From Thermofilum pendens Hrk 5 (GTDB lineage Archaea; Thermoproteota; Thermoprotei; Thermofilales; Thermofilaceae), in contig NC_008698.1 in assembly GCF_000015225.1 (NCBI RefSeq), positions 90,001 to 122,000 on the forward strand: a stretch of 32,000 nucleotides of DNA. The letters are read 5' to 3'. The notes beneath the pieces were generated by a model. That model had not been told where the DNA came from, did no database searches, and saw nothing but the letters and a program-made list of their open reading frames with translations. Within the stretch, counting starts at the first letter, position 1. The number at the start of each line of letters is the position of its first letter. Made by a program: the position numbers and the translations under genes. Of the stretch, positions 1-7,117 are shown in pieces.

Positions 1-499
1 GTCCTAGAAGTCTCCTCGTAGCTGAAGGAAAACCATCCGCGGCTATCACGTAGCTCGCCGAGAACTCTTTACCCCTCCTCGTCTTCACCAGGTAGGCGTC
101 TCCGACGCGCCTGATTCCAACAACGTCGCTACCCGTTACGTAGTCAGACCCCTCGATCAGCTTGCTCACCATCTCCTTTCTACTCACTGTGAATCCTGGG
201 ATTTCGAGGTTGTAAGTCTTCCCGCCGGCAAAGCTGAGTATGATTCTGCGTATAGCGTTCGTACGCCTAGCCAGCCCTATGTACTCGTAGGCTTTTCTCA
301 CAGAGGGAAACCTGGAGATGAACTCTATCGCGGAGGGCTCTGGAAGGAACTCTCCGCAGACAGCCGGCTCTTCTGGAGCCTTCTTCCTCTCGATACCTAC
401 AGCCTTGATCCCCAGTTCCTGTAGTCTCTTGAGAGCCGCCGCCCCGGCGGGTCCTAGCCCTATCACTACTGCCTCGTACCTTCCCTCTATAAGGCCCAC
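1..499 (-). CDS. FAD-dependent oxidoreductase, geranylgeranyl reductase (GGR) family; N-terminal ~166 codons, gene continues past the left window edge
   Basis: Absent from the ORF track because it has no stop inside the window. My minus-strand translation from GTG at 499: MGLIEGRYEAVVIGLGPAGAAALKRLQELGIKAVGIERKK..AVCGEFLP..YVIAADGFPSATRRLLG. It shows a GxGxxG FAD fold, a CGE motif and an AADG motif, as in archaeal GGR-like flavoproteins. The in-frame TAA at 520-518 (also the PadR stop) bounds the 5' end, 18 nt upstream of the GTG. Confidence 0.7.
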   Translation of the reverse strand, partial: MGLIEGRYEAVVIGLGPAGAAALKRLQELGIKAVGIERKKAPEEPAVCGEFLPEPSAIEFISRFPSVRKAYEYIGLARRTNAIRRIILSFAGGKTYNLEIPGFTVSRKEMVSKLIEGSDYVTGSDVVGIRRVGDAYLVKTRRGKEFSASYVIAADGFPSATRRLLG

Positions 500-517
500 C
501 CGCGTGCCTACACTACC

Positions 518-874
518 TTAAGGGAGACAGACCTTCTCCCTACCGAGCACCCTGATAGCCGTCTGTATAACGTTGAGAGACTTCTCCAGTATCTCCTTCA
601 GGAACTCGTAACCCTGCGGAGTAAGCGAGTAGACTTTCTTGTCACGGCTCCCCGCCTCCCTAGACGTTACAAGGCCAGCGTTTTCAAGGTTTCGGAGAAA
701 TGGGTATATCTGCGATGGTCCAATGGGTGCTTCGATCATCTGTTCCAGCGTTCGCATAAGCTCGTAGCCATGCTTCTCGCCTTCCGCCAGCAGTATGAGA
801 GTGTAGAGCTTAATGACTGTGTTCACCCGGATTTTTTCGCGTTTAAGCCTGACTTCCTTAGAGTTTTGAGCCAT
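518..874 (-). CDS. PadR-family winged-helix transcriptional regulator
   Basis: 118 aa. GEKHGYELMRTLEQ...GPSQIYPFLRNLENAGLVTSRE...KKVYSLTPQGYEFL matches the PadR wHTH core pattern (HGYEL, IYP.L..LE..GLV, Y.LT..G). Confidence 0.85.
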   Translation of the reverse strand: MAQNSKEVRLKREKIRVNTVIKLYTLILLAEGEKHGYELMRTLEQMIEAPIGPSQIYPFLRNLENAGLVTSREAGSRDKKVYSLTPQGYEFLKEILEKSLNVIQTAIRVLGREKVCLP

Positions 875-894
875 GGTTAGTCCTGGAGGGTATC

Positions 895-918
895 AAGCAT
901 AACTATATATAAATGCTT
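895..918 (-). promoter_or_regulatory. PadR promoter: TATA-like TTTATATATA (minus strand, 904-913) bracketed by inverted repeat AAGCAT-N12-ATGCTT
   Basis: AAGCAT (895-900) and ATGCTT (913-918) are exact reverse complements. The 12-bp spacer is the A/T box, centred about 33 bp upstream of the ATG at 874. Confidence 0.4.
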
Positions 919-941
919 TACTACACTGCTCGATAGGCTTT

Positions 942-1625
942 TTACCCACGAGGATTTACTGGCAGGTATACGATGGCCAGAGAGCCAAACCCCTTGCTAA
1001 CGAGCACCTTTCCGCCCATCCTTTCAAAGAGAGAGGCTCTGGGCATGATCCTAATTGTTGGGTATAGGAGCCTCCACCCCTTGCCTTTACCCCTAGATAC
1101 TAGGAACGCGAGTAGAGGCGCGATGAACAAGACATAGGCGTAGAGGAAGGGCCTAAACCACGTGGAGGGGTTGAAAATCTCCACTATAAACACGCCTATT
1201 CTAGAAGCTCTCTTCATCTCAGAGAGCCCTCTAGGTTTGTCCAAGAAGTCCCTGAAGCTGAACATCGCGGTGGAGAACTCTACGCTTTTACTGCGTAGCG
1301 GGAGGTACTCCGCGATAGCCTTCACTACGTGTAGTCTGGGATCGCTCTCTGACCCTTTACGTGCGAGGGGGTCGACGCACACTACTTCCTGGGCGTTTTC
1401 CAGCAAGGGTAGCGAGTAGTAACCGTCGCCACAGCCCACATCCAGTACCCTGCCCCTAGCGAGGTTATAGACTATGCCTCTAAGCTTTCTGTCGAGCCCC
1501 AGGCTCATCGCGAAGTTAGTCGGCGAGTAGACTCCACTCTCGAAAAGCTTGTCCAGCGTTTCCAAAACCTTGCTCCACAGCTTGCCTTCAAGTCCTCTGA
1601 AACTTTCCGACCCCATGTTTCCCAC
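942..1625 (-). CDS. Class I SAM-dependent methyltransferase with C-terminal hydrophobic helix
   Basis: Motif I VLDVGCGDGYYS followed by VVCVDP (acidic loop). C-terminal FLYAYVLFIAPLLAFLV is a likely membrane helix. The start is GTG at 1625 or ATG at 1616; either overlaps the 3' end of the upstream polyprenyl synthase gene by 29-38 nt. Confidence 0.8.
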   Translation of the reverse strand: MGNMGSESFRGLEGKLWSKVLETLDKLFESGVYSPTNFAMSLGLDRKLRGIVYNLARGRVLDVGCGDGYYSLPLLENAQEVVCVDPLARKGSESDPRLHVVKAIAEYLPLRSKSVEFSTAMFSFRDFLDKPRGLSEMKRASRIGVFIVEIFNPSTWFRPFLYAYVLFIAPLLAFLVSRGKGKGWRLLYPTIRIMPRASLFERMGGKVLVSKGFGSLAIVYLPVNPRG

Positions 1626-2496
1626 TAGTTATCGCCCTAACAACCCTTGCTACGTGTTCCCCGGCCTCCCTCGCGAATGCATTCATGCTGGCATACGCGA
1701 AGTCTACAAGCGAGCTTTCAAGCTGTCCAGAGACCTCGACGAGCATGCCGAAGTACCTGCCGGCAAGCCCCTCCACGTACTCCGCTAGGCTACCCGAGCT
1801 CCTGGAGGCTTCTCTCAGCAACAGCCTCGTGCTACCGCTGTCCACTACCCCCCTTTCCGCGTCCGAGAAGTCATCGAGAACTTGGTACAAGAGCCCGAAA
1901 AACCTGCCGTACACCCTCCCGCTCTCTACGATGTCGCGCCTCCCGATTGCTATAAGCGGCAACGTGCACGAAGCCTCAAAAACGGCCGCCGTCTTGTATT
2001 CTATGAGCTTCTCGTAGCCTACAGGCACCTCTCTACCTCTGAGTATCCTAGTGTCCCAGAGCTGGCCCAGGGCGGATCTCCTCCAGGCGTTCATACTCTC
2101 CTTTACCGCTTCGACGCCGGCATCCGCGACGAGAGATATGGCAACGGGCATCAGTACGTGTGGCACTGTTATTGCATCTTCAAGTCCATACTTGCTCCAG
2201 AAACTAGGTCTACCCCTCCTGGTCGGAGAGGCATCGGCTATGTCGTCGTGCACTAAGCTTGCCGCGTGCATCAACTCGACAGCGAGAGCTATCGGCAAGA
2301 CTTTCTCGACCTGCGCTGTAAACATGCTAGCAACTAACAGTGAGAGTGTTCCGCGAAGCATTTTCCCGCCGAAGAGCGCGTAGCTAGCCTCCTCGACTAT
2401 CTCCGGGAAAAGCTCCTTGACCCTGTCGCCCGAGTATCGGGTGAGCAAACCCCCGAGGTAAGCTATCCTGTCCTCTATACTCGCCAATGAAGCCAT
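1588..2496 (-). CDS. trans-polyprenyl diphosphate synthase (FARM/SARM type), probably medium/long-chain rather than GGPP synthase
   Basis: First Asp-rich motif LVHDDIAD and second motif YQVLDDFSD. The context ELMHAASLVHDD has Ala/Ser at positions -5/-4, like long-chain enzymes (E. coli IspB EFIHTATLLHDD) and unlike the aromatic residue at -5 in archaeal GGPP synthases. Confidence 0.85.
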   Translation of the reverse strand: MASLASIEDRIAYLGGLLTRYSGDRVKELFPEIVEEASYALFGGKMLRGTLSLLVASMFTAQVEKVLPIALAVELMHAASLVHDDIADASPTRRGRPSFWSKYGLEDAITVPHVLMPVAISLVADAGVEAVKESMNAWRRSALGQLWDTRILRGREVPVGYEKLIEYKTAAVFEASCTLPLIAIGRRDIVESGRVYGRFFGLLYQVLDDFSDAERGVVDSGSTRLLLREASRSSGSLAEYVEGLAGRYFGMLVEVSGQLESSLVDFAYASMNAFAREAGEHVARVVRAITSGKHGVGKFQRT

Positions 2497-2552
2497 ACCC
2501 CGATCCTCTGCTTCGACAAAACTATTAAAGCTTACCCGCGATACCCTAACAC

Positions 2553-3383
2553 ATGATAGACGCCCACTGTCACCTCACGTATCCAGGCCTGAAAGAAAGA
2601 GTTGAAAACGTGCTGGCAGAGGCGAGGAGAGCATTGAAGGCTGTCGTGACTTCGGGTCTTCCATACGACGCCGAAAAGAGCCCCGGCTTCCCAGGAGCCA
2701 AGGAGGCTCTAGCGCTTTCGGAGAGGTATAGGGGCTTCGTATTCGTTACTCTAGGGCTCCACCCCACGCAGGTGCCCGAGATGAGCGATGAAGAGGTAGC
2801 CGAGTACATTAACTTCATCGAGGAAAACAGAGACAGAATAGTGGGGATAGGCGAGATCGGCTTGGACAAGTACTGGTTGTCGAGCGAGGATGACCTGAAG
2901 AGGGCGAGGGAAGTCTTCTTGTCCTTGCTTGAAGTAGCGGAGAAACTCGGAAAGCCCGTTGTTATTCACAGCAGGAAAGCCGAGGAGGAGGCCGTGGAGA
3001 TTCTCAGTAGCTACAGCTTGGACGGCAGGGTGCTCCTACACTCTTTCACCGGGAACATGACTACGGCGAAAAAGGCGCTGGACATGGGCTACTTCTTCTC
3101 CATAAACTACAAGGTTACGAATACGAAGAGCATGCGTAAAATAGCCAAGACGTTCCCCCTCGAAAGCATACTCACGGAGACGGATTCGCCCTTCCTTTCG
3201 CACGAAGCAGGCGTGAACACGCCCCTGCAGGTACGGCTAATACTGGAGGAGATTTCTAGGCTCAGAGGGCTGGGCTTTGAGGAGGTAGACGCAATTACGA
3301 CAAGAAACGCAGTTTCTTTTTTCGGTTTAGAGAAGCAAACCTCAGAGAGAACCTCCGATAAAAGCTTACCGCGCGACACCTAG
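2553..3383 (+). CDS. tatD: TatD-family metal-dependent hydrolase/DNase
   Basis: N-terminal MIDAHCHL; GIGEIGLD; VVIHSR; LLHSF; ETDSPFL. These are the canonical TatD metal-ligand motifs. A TATA-like CTATTAAAG lies about 25 bp upstream, so the gene is probably leaderless. Confidence 0.9.
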   Translation: MIDAHCHLTYPGLKERVENVLAEARRALKAVVTSGLPYDAEKSPGFPGAKEALALSERYRGFVFVTLGLHPTQVPEMSDEEVAEYINFIEENRDRIVGIGEIGLDKYWLSSEDDLKRAREVFLSLLEVAEKLGKPVVIHSRKAEEEAVEILSSYSLDGRVLLHSFTGNMTTAKKALDMGYFFSINYKVTNTKSMRKIAKTFPLESILTETDSPFLSHEAGVNTPLQVRLILEEISRLRGLGFEEVDAITTRNAVSFFGLEKQTSERTSDKSLPRDT

Positions 3384-3422
3384 CGACAGAAATTTTACCC
3401 TACGACAGCCTCTTAAAGAGGT

Positions 3423-4901
3423 ATGGGCGAGATAAGAAAGCTCCTGGTAGCCAATAGAGGTGAGATAGCCGTCAGGATCTTCAGGACAGCGAGGGATCTA
3501 GGCATAAAGACCGTGGCTGTTTACAGCGATGCGGACAAATTGTCTCTGCACAGGCTTCTCGCGGACGAGAGCTACTACCTCGGCCCACCCGAGCCCGCGA
3601 AGAGCTACTTAAACGCGGAGAGGATAGTTAAGATAGCGGTAAGCGCCGGTGCAGACGCGGTTCACCCGGGTTACGGTTTCCTCTCGCAGAACCCCTCCTT
3701 CGCCCGCATGGTGATAGAGGAGGGACTTATATGGGTCGGGCCGAAACCGGAGACAATGAAGCTCGTCGGGGACAAGCTCGGGGCCAGGAAGTTCTTCTCG
3801 AGTAAAGGCATACCGGTCGTGCCCGGGGCCTTCGAAGCCGTAGACTTCAATAGCGCTCTGAGCATTGCGGAGGAGATAGGCTTCCCGGTTATCGTTAAGC
3901 CTGCGGGCGGCGGGGGAGGGATTGGGATGTTCGTCGCCCACACACCCGAAGACCTGGAGAAAAACCTGGAGAAAGCTAGGCAACTAGCAGGCTCGGCGTT
4001 CGCGAGGACAGAGGTGTACGTCGAGAAGTACTTCCCAAGGGCGAAGCACATAGAGGTGCAGATCCTGGGCGATAAGCGGGGAAGGGTGGTACACCTGTTC
4101 GAAAGGGAGTGTAGCGTCCAGAGGAGATACCAGAAAGTGGTGGAAGAAGCTCCCTCTCCCTCGCTGACCCAGGAGGAGAGAGAGAAGCTGCTGAGCGCCG
4201 CGGTGAAGGCGGCTGAGGCGTGCGGGTACGAGAATGCCGGTACCTTTGAGTTCCTCTTCGACGTTGAGAGCAGAAACTTCTACTTCCTAGAGGTAAACTC
4301 GCGCATTCAAGTCGAGCACCCCGTCACGGAGCTCGTAACGGGGCTAGACATCGTCAAGCTACAGCTGACGGTCGCCGAGGGAGGCGAGATACCGTTTAGA
4401 CAAGGCGAAGTGCAGCTTAGGGGGCACGCGATAGAGGCTAGGGTGTACGCCGAAGATCCCTCTTCGGGCTTCATACCCTCCCCAGGAAGGATCACCTACC
4501 TTCGGGAACCCGCGGGGCCATGGGTGCGTGTAGATTCGGGAGTCTACGAGGGGTTCGAGGTTCCCCCGTTCTACGACCCCCTGCTAATGAAAGTGGTCTC
4601 CTGGGGTCAGGACAGGGAGGAGGCCAGGACGCGCCTCCTAAGGGCTTTAAACGAGCTGAGAATATCCGGTGTCAAACACAATAAGTACCTCATAGTACGG
4701 GTACTTGAAGATGCTCGTTTCCGCGATGCATCCTACACAACCCGCCTCTTGGAGGACCCGGCGTTTTACGAGAACCTCTTAAGCGAGGATCCGGCGCCCG
4801 ACGCTGAGCGGCGTATTGTGCAGGCTCAAGAAGGCGGAGAAAAAGGGGAGCGTACAAGGATTAACGCTTGGAGAGTACTGGCGCGTATACATCCAGGCTA
4901 G
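3423..4901 (+). CDS. accC: Biotin carboxylase subunit (of acetyl/propionyl-CoA carboxylase or two-subunit pyruvate carboxylase)
   Basis: 492 aa. KLLVANRGEIAVRIFRTARDLGI, HPGYGFLSQN, ATP-grasp loop KPAGGGGGIGM, EVNSRIQVEHPVTE. No biotin carrier or carboxyltransferase gene is adjacent. Confidence 0.9.
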   Translation: MGEIRKLLVANRGEIAVRIFRTARDLGIKTVAVYSDADKLSLHRLLADESYYLGPPEPAKSYLNAERIVKIAVSAGADAVHPGYGFLSQNPSFARMVIEEGLIWVGPKPETMKLVGDKLGARKFFSSKGIPVVPGAFEAVDFNSALSIAEEIGFPVIVKPAGGGGGIGMFVAHTPEDLEKNLEKARQLAGSAFARTEVYVEKYFPRAKHIEVQILGDKRGRVVHLFERECSVQRRYQKVVEEAPSPSLTQEEREKLLSAAVKAAEACGYENAGTFEFLFDVESRNFYFLEVNSRIQVEHPVTELVTGLDIVKLQLTVAEGGEIPFRQGEVQLRGHAIEARVYAEDPSSGFIPSPGRITYLREPAGPWVRVDSGVYEGFEVPPFYDPLLMKVVSWGQDREEARTRLLRALNELRISGVKHNKYLIVRVLEDARFRDASYTTRLLEDPAFYENLLSEDPAPDAERRIVQAQEGGEKGERTRINAWRVLARIHPG

Positions 4902-5812
4902 ATCTCTATTTGGAGGGGGTTATCCCTCGTGGAGATCTGCGTGTACTTCTGCATCTCCTCCCTTATGTACTTGGGTATGTGGAAGAGGTAGTAGAAGGTC
5001 TCCAGGTCGAGGTACCTGAGGTCTAAGCTTTGAAGCCTCCTGCTTATCTCCTCCTTGTCGATCTTCAAGGGGTCTCTACCCTTGGAGCCGAGCGCAAAGC
5101 CCCACTCGCTGTAAAACGTTGCGACGAAGACCTTGTACGGCCTAGCGACCGGAAAAACGCTAGCAACCGTGTTATTGATAACGGAGAAAGCTTTAACGTT
5201 GTACCTCGTCGAGGTGGCCTGTGTAACCATGACGCCCTGAGGCGTAAGCTTATCGTATATCGTTTCGTAGAACTCCTTCGTGTAGAGGTGCACCCCGGGA
5301 GTGCCGCTAACAGGGTCTGTAAGATCCAGTATTATAACGTCGAACCGCTCGCTCGTTTCTTCCACAAACTTCTTGCCGTCCATGAATAGTAACTCAACCC
5401 TCGGGTCATCGAAGCTGGACCGGTGCCACTTCCACATATACCTCTTAACGATCTCGACTAGCTCTTCGTCGATGTCCACCATTACGGCCCTCTTAACCGA
5501 CGGGTGCTTGAGAACCTCCCTGAGGGTAGCCCCTTCCCCTCCACCTATTACTAGGACTTTCTCCGGGTGGGGATGCGTCAGCATAGCCGGGTGCACGAGG
5601 GATTCGTGGTAGACGAACTCGTCGTACTCCGAGCTCTGCGCGTAACCGTCGAGGAATAATGTGAGCCCGAAGGACCCTGTCTCCGCGAGCGTTACTCTTT
5701 GGTACTTCGTCCTTCCGTCGTATATTATCCTCTTTATCCCGTGAACATGAGCCTCCAGCGAACTAAGCCACTCGGTATACCAGAGCACACCGAAGCCTTG
5801 TTCCTCTGCCAT
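4898..5812 (-). CDS. speE: Polyamine aminopropyltransferase (spermidine synthase family)
   Basis: LFLDG..Q.SE.DE..YHE, VLVIGGGEGATLREVLKH, DVIILDLTDP. Its stop codon shares the tetranucleotide CTAG (4898-4901) with the convergent accC stop. Confidence 0.9.
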   Translation of the reverse strand: MAEEQGFGVLWYTEWLSSLEAHVHGIKRIIYDGRTKYQRVTLAETGSFGLTLFLDGYAQSSEYDEFVYHESLVHPAMLTHPHPEKVLVIGGGEGATLREVLKHPSVKRAVMVDIDEELVEIVKRYMWKWHRSSFDDPRVELLFMDGKKFVEETSERFDVIILDLTDPVSGTPGVHLYTKEFYETIYDKLTPQGVMVTQATSTRYNVKAFSVINNTVASVFPVARPYKVFVATFYSEWGFALGSKGRDPLKIDKEEISRRLQSLDLRYLDLETFYYLFHIPKYIREEMQKYTQISTRDNPLQIEI

Positions 5813-5871
5813 ATTCGAACAGGCGATTCCACAGCACCCAGACTTATTAATCTTCGCGCGCGAGAGAACGG

Positions 5872-5930
5872 TAGCGGTCGGTTGTCCTAGCCCTCAGCAC
5901 GTTTCAGCAGTTCCAGCGGTCGTCATTCCA
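5872..5930 (-). ncRNA. Candidate C/D box sRNA (degenerate boxes, canonical spacing)
   Basis: Minus strand: AUGACGA (5926-5920), 12 nt, CUGA (5907-5904), 3 nt, GUGCUGA (5900-5894), 12 nt, CCGA (5881-5878). TATA-like CCTTAATAAG (5961-5952) is centred about 26 nt upstream of the predicted 5' end. Three of the four boxes carry one mismatch to consensus. Confidence 0.3.
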
Positions 5931-6014
5931 AAGTTTATTCTGCGGTGCCCGCTTATTAAGGTCGCGCGTTGCAGGCTGACGTACGAGGTTACATCGGAAG
6001 AATGAGAAAGGATA

Positions 6015-6034
6015 GGAAAAAAAGAGAATTCTCT
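6015..6034 (-). terminator. Oligo-T terminator after the metal-binding-protein gene
   Basis: Minus strand directly after the TAG stop: AGAGAATTCTCT (12-bp palindrome) running into a T7 tract (6023-6017). Oligo-T tracts are the main archaeal termination signal. Confidence 0.45.
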
Positions 6035-6937
6035 CTAACCTTTTTGGAGAACTTTTTCGACCTCTTTAACGACGACCAGTATTTTCTCGTATGTACTCTC
6101 GGAGCTTATGGGGCTTGGAACGTAGAGAACCGGCTTGCCGTACTTAGACGCTAAATCTACGAGTGTTTTTCCGGCGCTGGTGGTCTCGAGCCCCTTGCTT
6201 ATTACTACCACGTTGATCGCTCCTCGTGCCATGGCATCCTCAATGGTAGCTATGTCCTGCGGTGTTGCTGGGAGGTCTGCTTCTTTTATCAAGAGGTATG
6301 AGACATTGATGCCCATCCACTCCACAGAGTACTGCACCACCGGAGAGCTACCCACGGCGACTAGGTTTAGCCTGGGAGCGCTCCTCTCGATAGAGGTGAT
6401 ATTGGCTATTAAGCCCGAGGCCTTGGAGAGGTACGTCGACGCGCACTCAGGCCTGAGAGATGCCATTACGTGGGCTGTGTAGTTGATGTAAGCGATGTAG
6501 TTGTTGGGGTCGTAGATTGGCCAGTGGTAGTTGAGCGTGCCTGTAGAGGGGTTTACGAGTAGCTTTATCCCAGGAATCCGCGGGATTTCGATTAACCTGG
6601 ATTTCAGCTCTCCTGTTTCGACCAGCTGTTTTATCTTCTGCTCGAAAGGAGCGTGCGCGGTGGACACAATCAGCGAGCCTTCCCGTATCCTCGCGACGTC
6701 GCTAGGAGTAAGCTGGTACTCGTGGGGGTCTACGCCCTGTGGTGTGACGGGTATTACTTCGTCGCCCTGACACAACAGGTACTCTATGTCTCCCTTAAGC
6801 GAGTAAAACGTTACTACGATCTTTAGGCCCCCGGCTCGCGGCGCCTGGGGAGAGAGACCAGGCGAGAGAAGAAGGTAGCCTATGCCCAGGGCTACTAGAA
6901 CCACAACGGCCACTAACGCTAAGCTCCTCCTACTCAT
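6035..6937 (-). CDS. Metal ABC transporter substrate-binding protein (ZnuA/TroA/MntC cluster A-I family)
   Basis: Signal/anchor MSRRSLALVAVVVLVALGIGYLLL; DPHEYQLTPSDV signature. I prefer the ATG at 6937, preceded by GGAGGTGA with 4 nt spacing, over the track start at 7015. The extra 26 codons lack similarity and cover the promoter region. Confidence 0.85.
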   Translation of the reverse strand: MSRRSLALVAVVVLVALGIGYLLLSPGLSPQAPRAGGLKIVVTFYSLKGDIEYLLCQGDEVIPVTPQGVDPHEYQLTPSDVARIREGSLIVSTAHAPFEQKIKQLVETGELKSRLIEIPRIPGIKLLVNPSTGTLNYHWPIYDPNNYIAYINYTAHVMASLRPECASTYLSKASGLIANITSIERSAPRLNLVAVGSSPVVQYSVEWMGINVSYLLIKEADLPATPQDIATIEDAMARGAINVVVISKGLETTSAGKTLVDLASKYGKPVLYVPSPISSESTYEKILVVVKEVEKVLQKG

Positions 6938-6960
6938 GCCGTCACCTCCCCACCTTTCTT

Positions 6961-7117
6961 TATGTGCACATAACGGTATACCTCCGCTTGGATAATAAGC
7001 TTTCTGTGCATACAACTACATATTCTCCCGTTGAATCGTGCACAAGCCAGTGATTTCAAGGAAAGTTTTTATAGGAGTGTGCACACAGAGATTTAGTGTG
7101 GCGAGACACTATGCACG
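6961..7117. promoter_or_regulatory. Divergent promoter with five phased GTGCAC-core operator-like palindromes
   Basis: TATGTGCACATA 6961-6972; TGTGCATA 7005-7012; CGTGCACA 7037-7044; GTGTGCACAC 7077-7086; TATGCACG 7110-7117. TATA-like TTTTTATA at 7066-7073 (plus) and CTTATTATC at 7000-6991 (minus). Confidence 0.5.

Noticed and set aside
318-521. Plus-strand 67-aa ORF at 318-521, and other short plus-strand ORFs across 1162-2383.
   Set aside because: They are antisense to the GGR-like, methyltransferase and polyprenyl synthase genes. They have no motifs and biased low-complexity composition.
3406-3418. Palindrome CCTCTTAAAGAGG immediately upstream of the accC ATG.
   Set aside because: It has 6-bp arms with a 1-nt centre, so it cannot form a hairpin. 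It is short enough to be chance, and it overlaps where a ribosome-binding or initiation region would be. It is noted only as a possible minor operator.
5813-6034. Possible tRNA in the 222-bp speE/binding-protein spacer (TTCGAA at 5813-5819 resembles a T-loop).
   Set aside because: The TTCGAA abuts the speE start codon. I could not fold a cloverleaf with acceptor, D, anticodon and T arms on either strand.
6938-7015. N-terminal 26-codon extension of the metal-binding-protein ORF (MYAQKAYYPSGGIPLCAHKERWGGDG).
   Set aside because: The downstream ATG 6937 is preceded by GGAGGTGA and begins a typical signal/anchor sequence. The extension covers the promoter/operator region.
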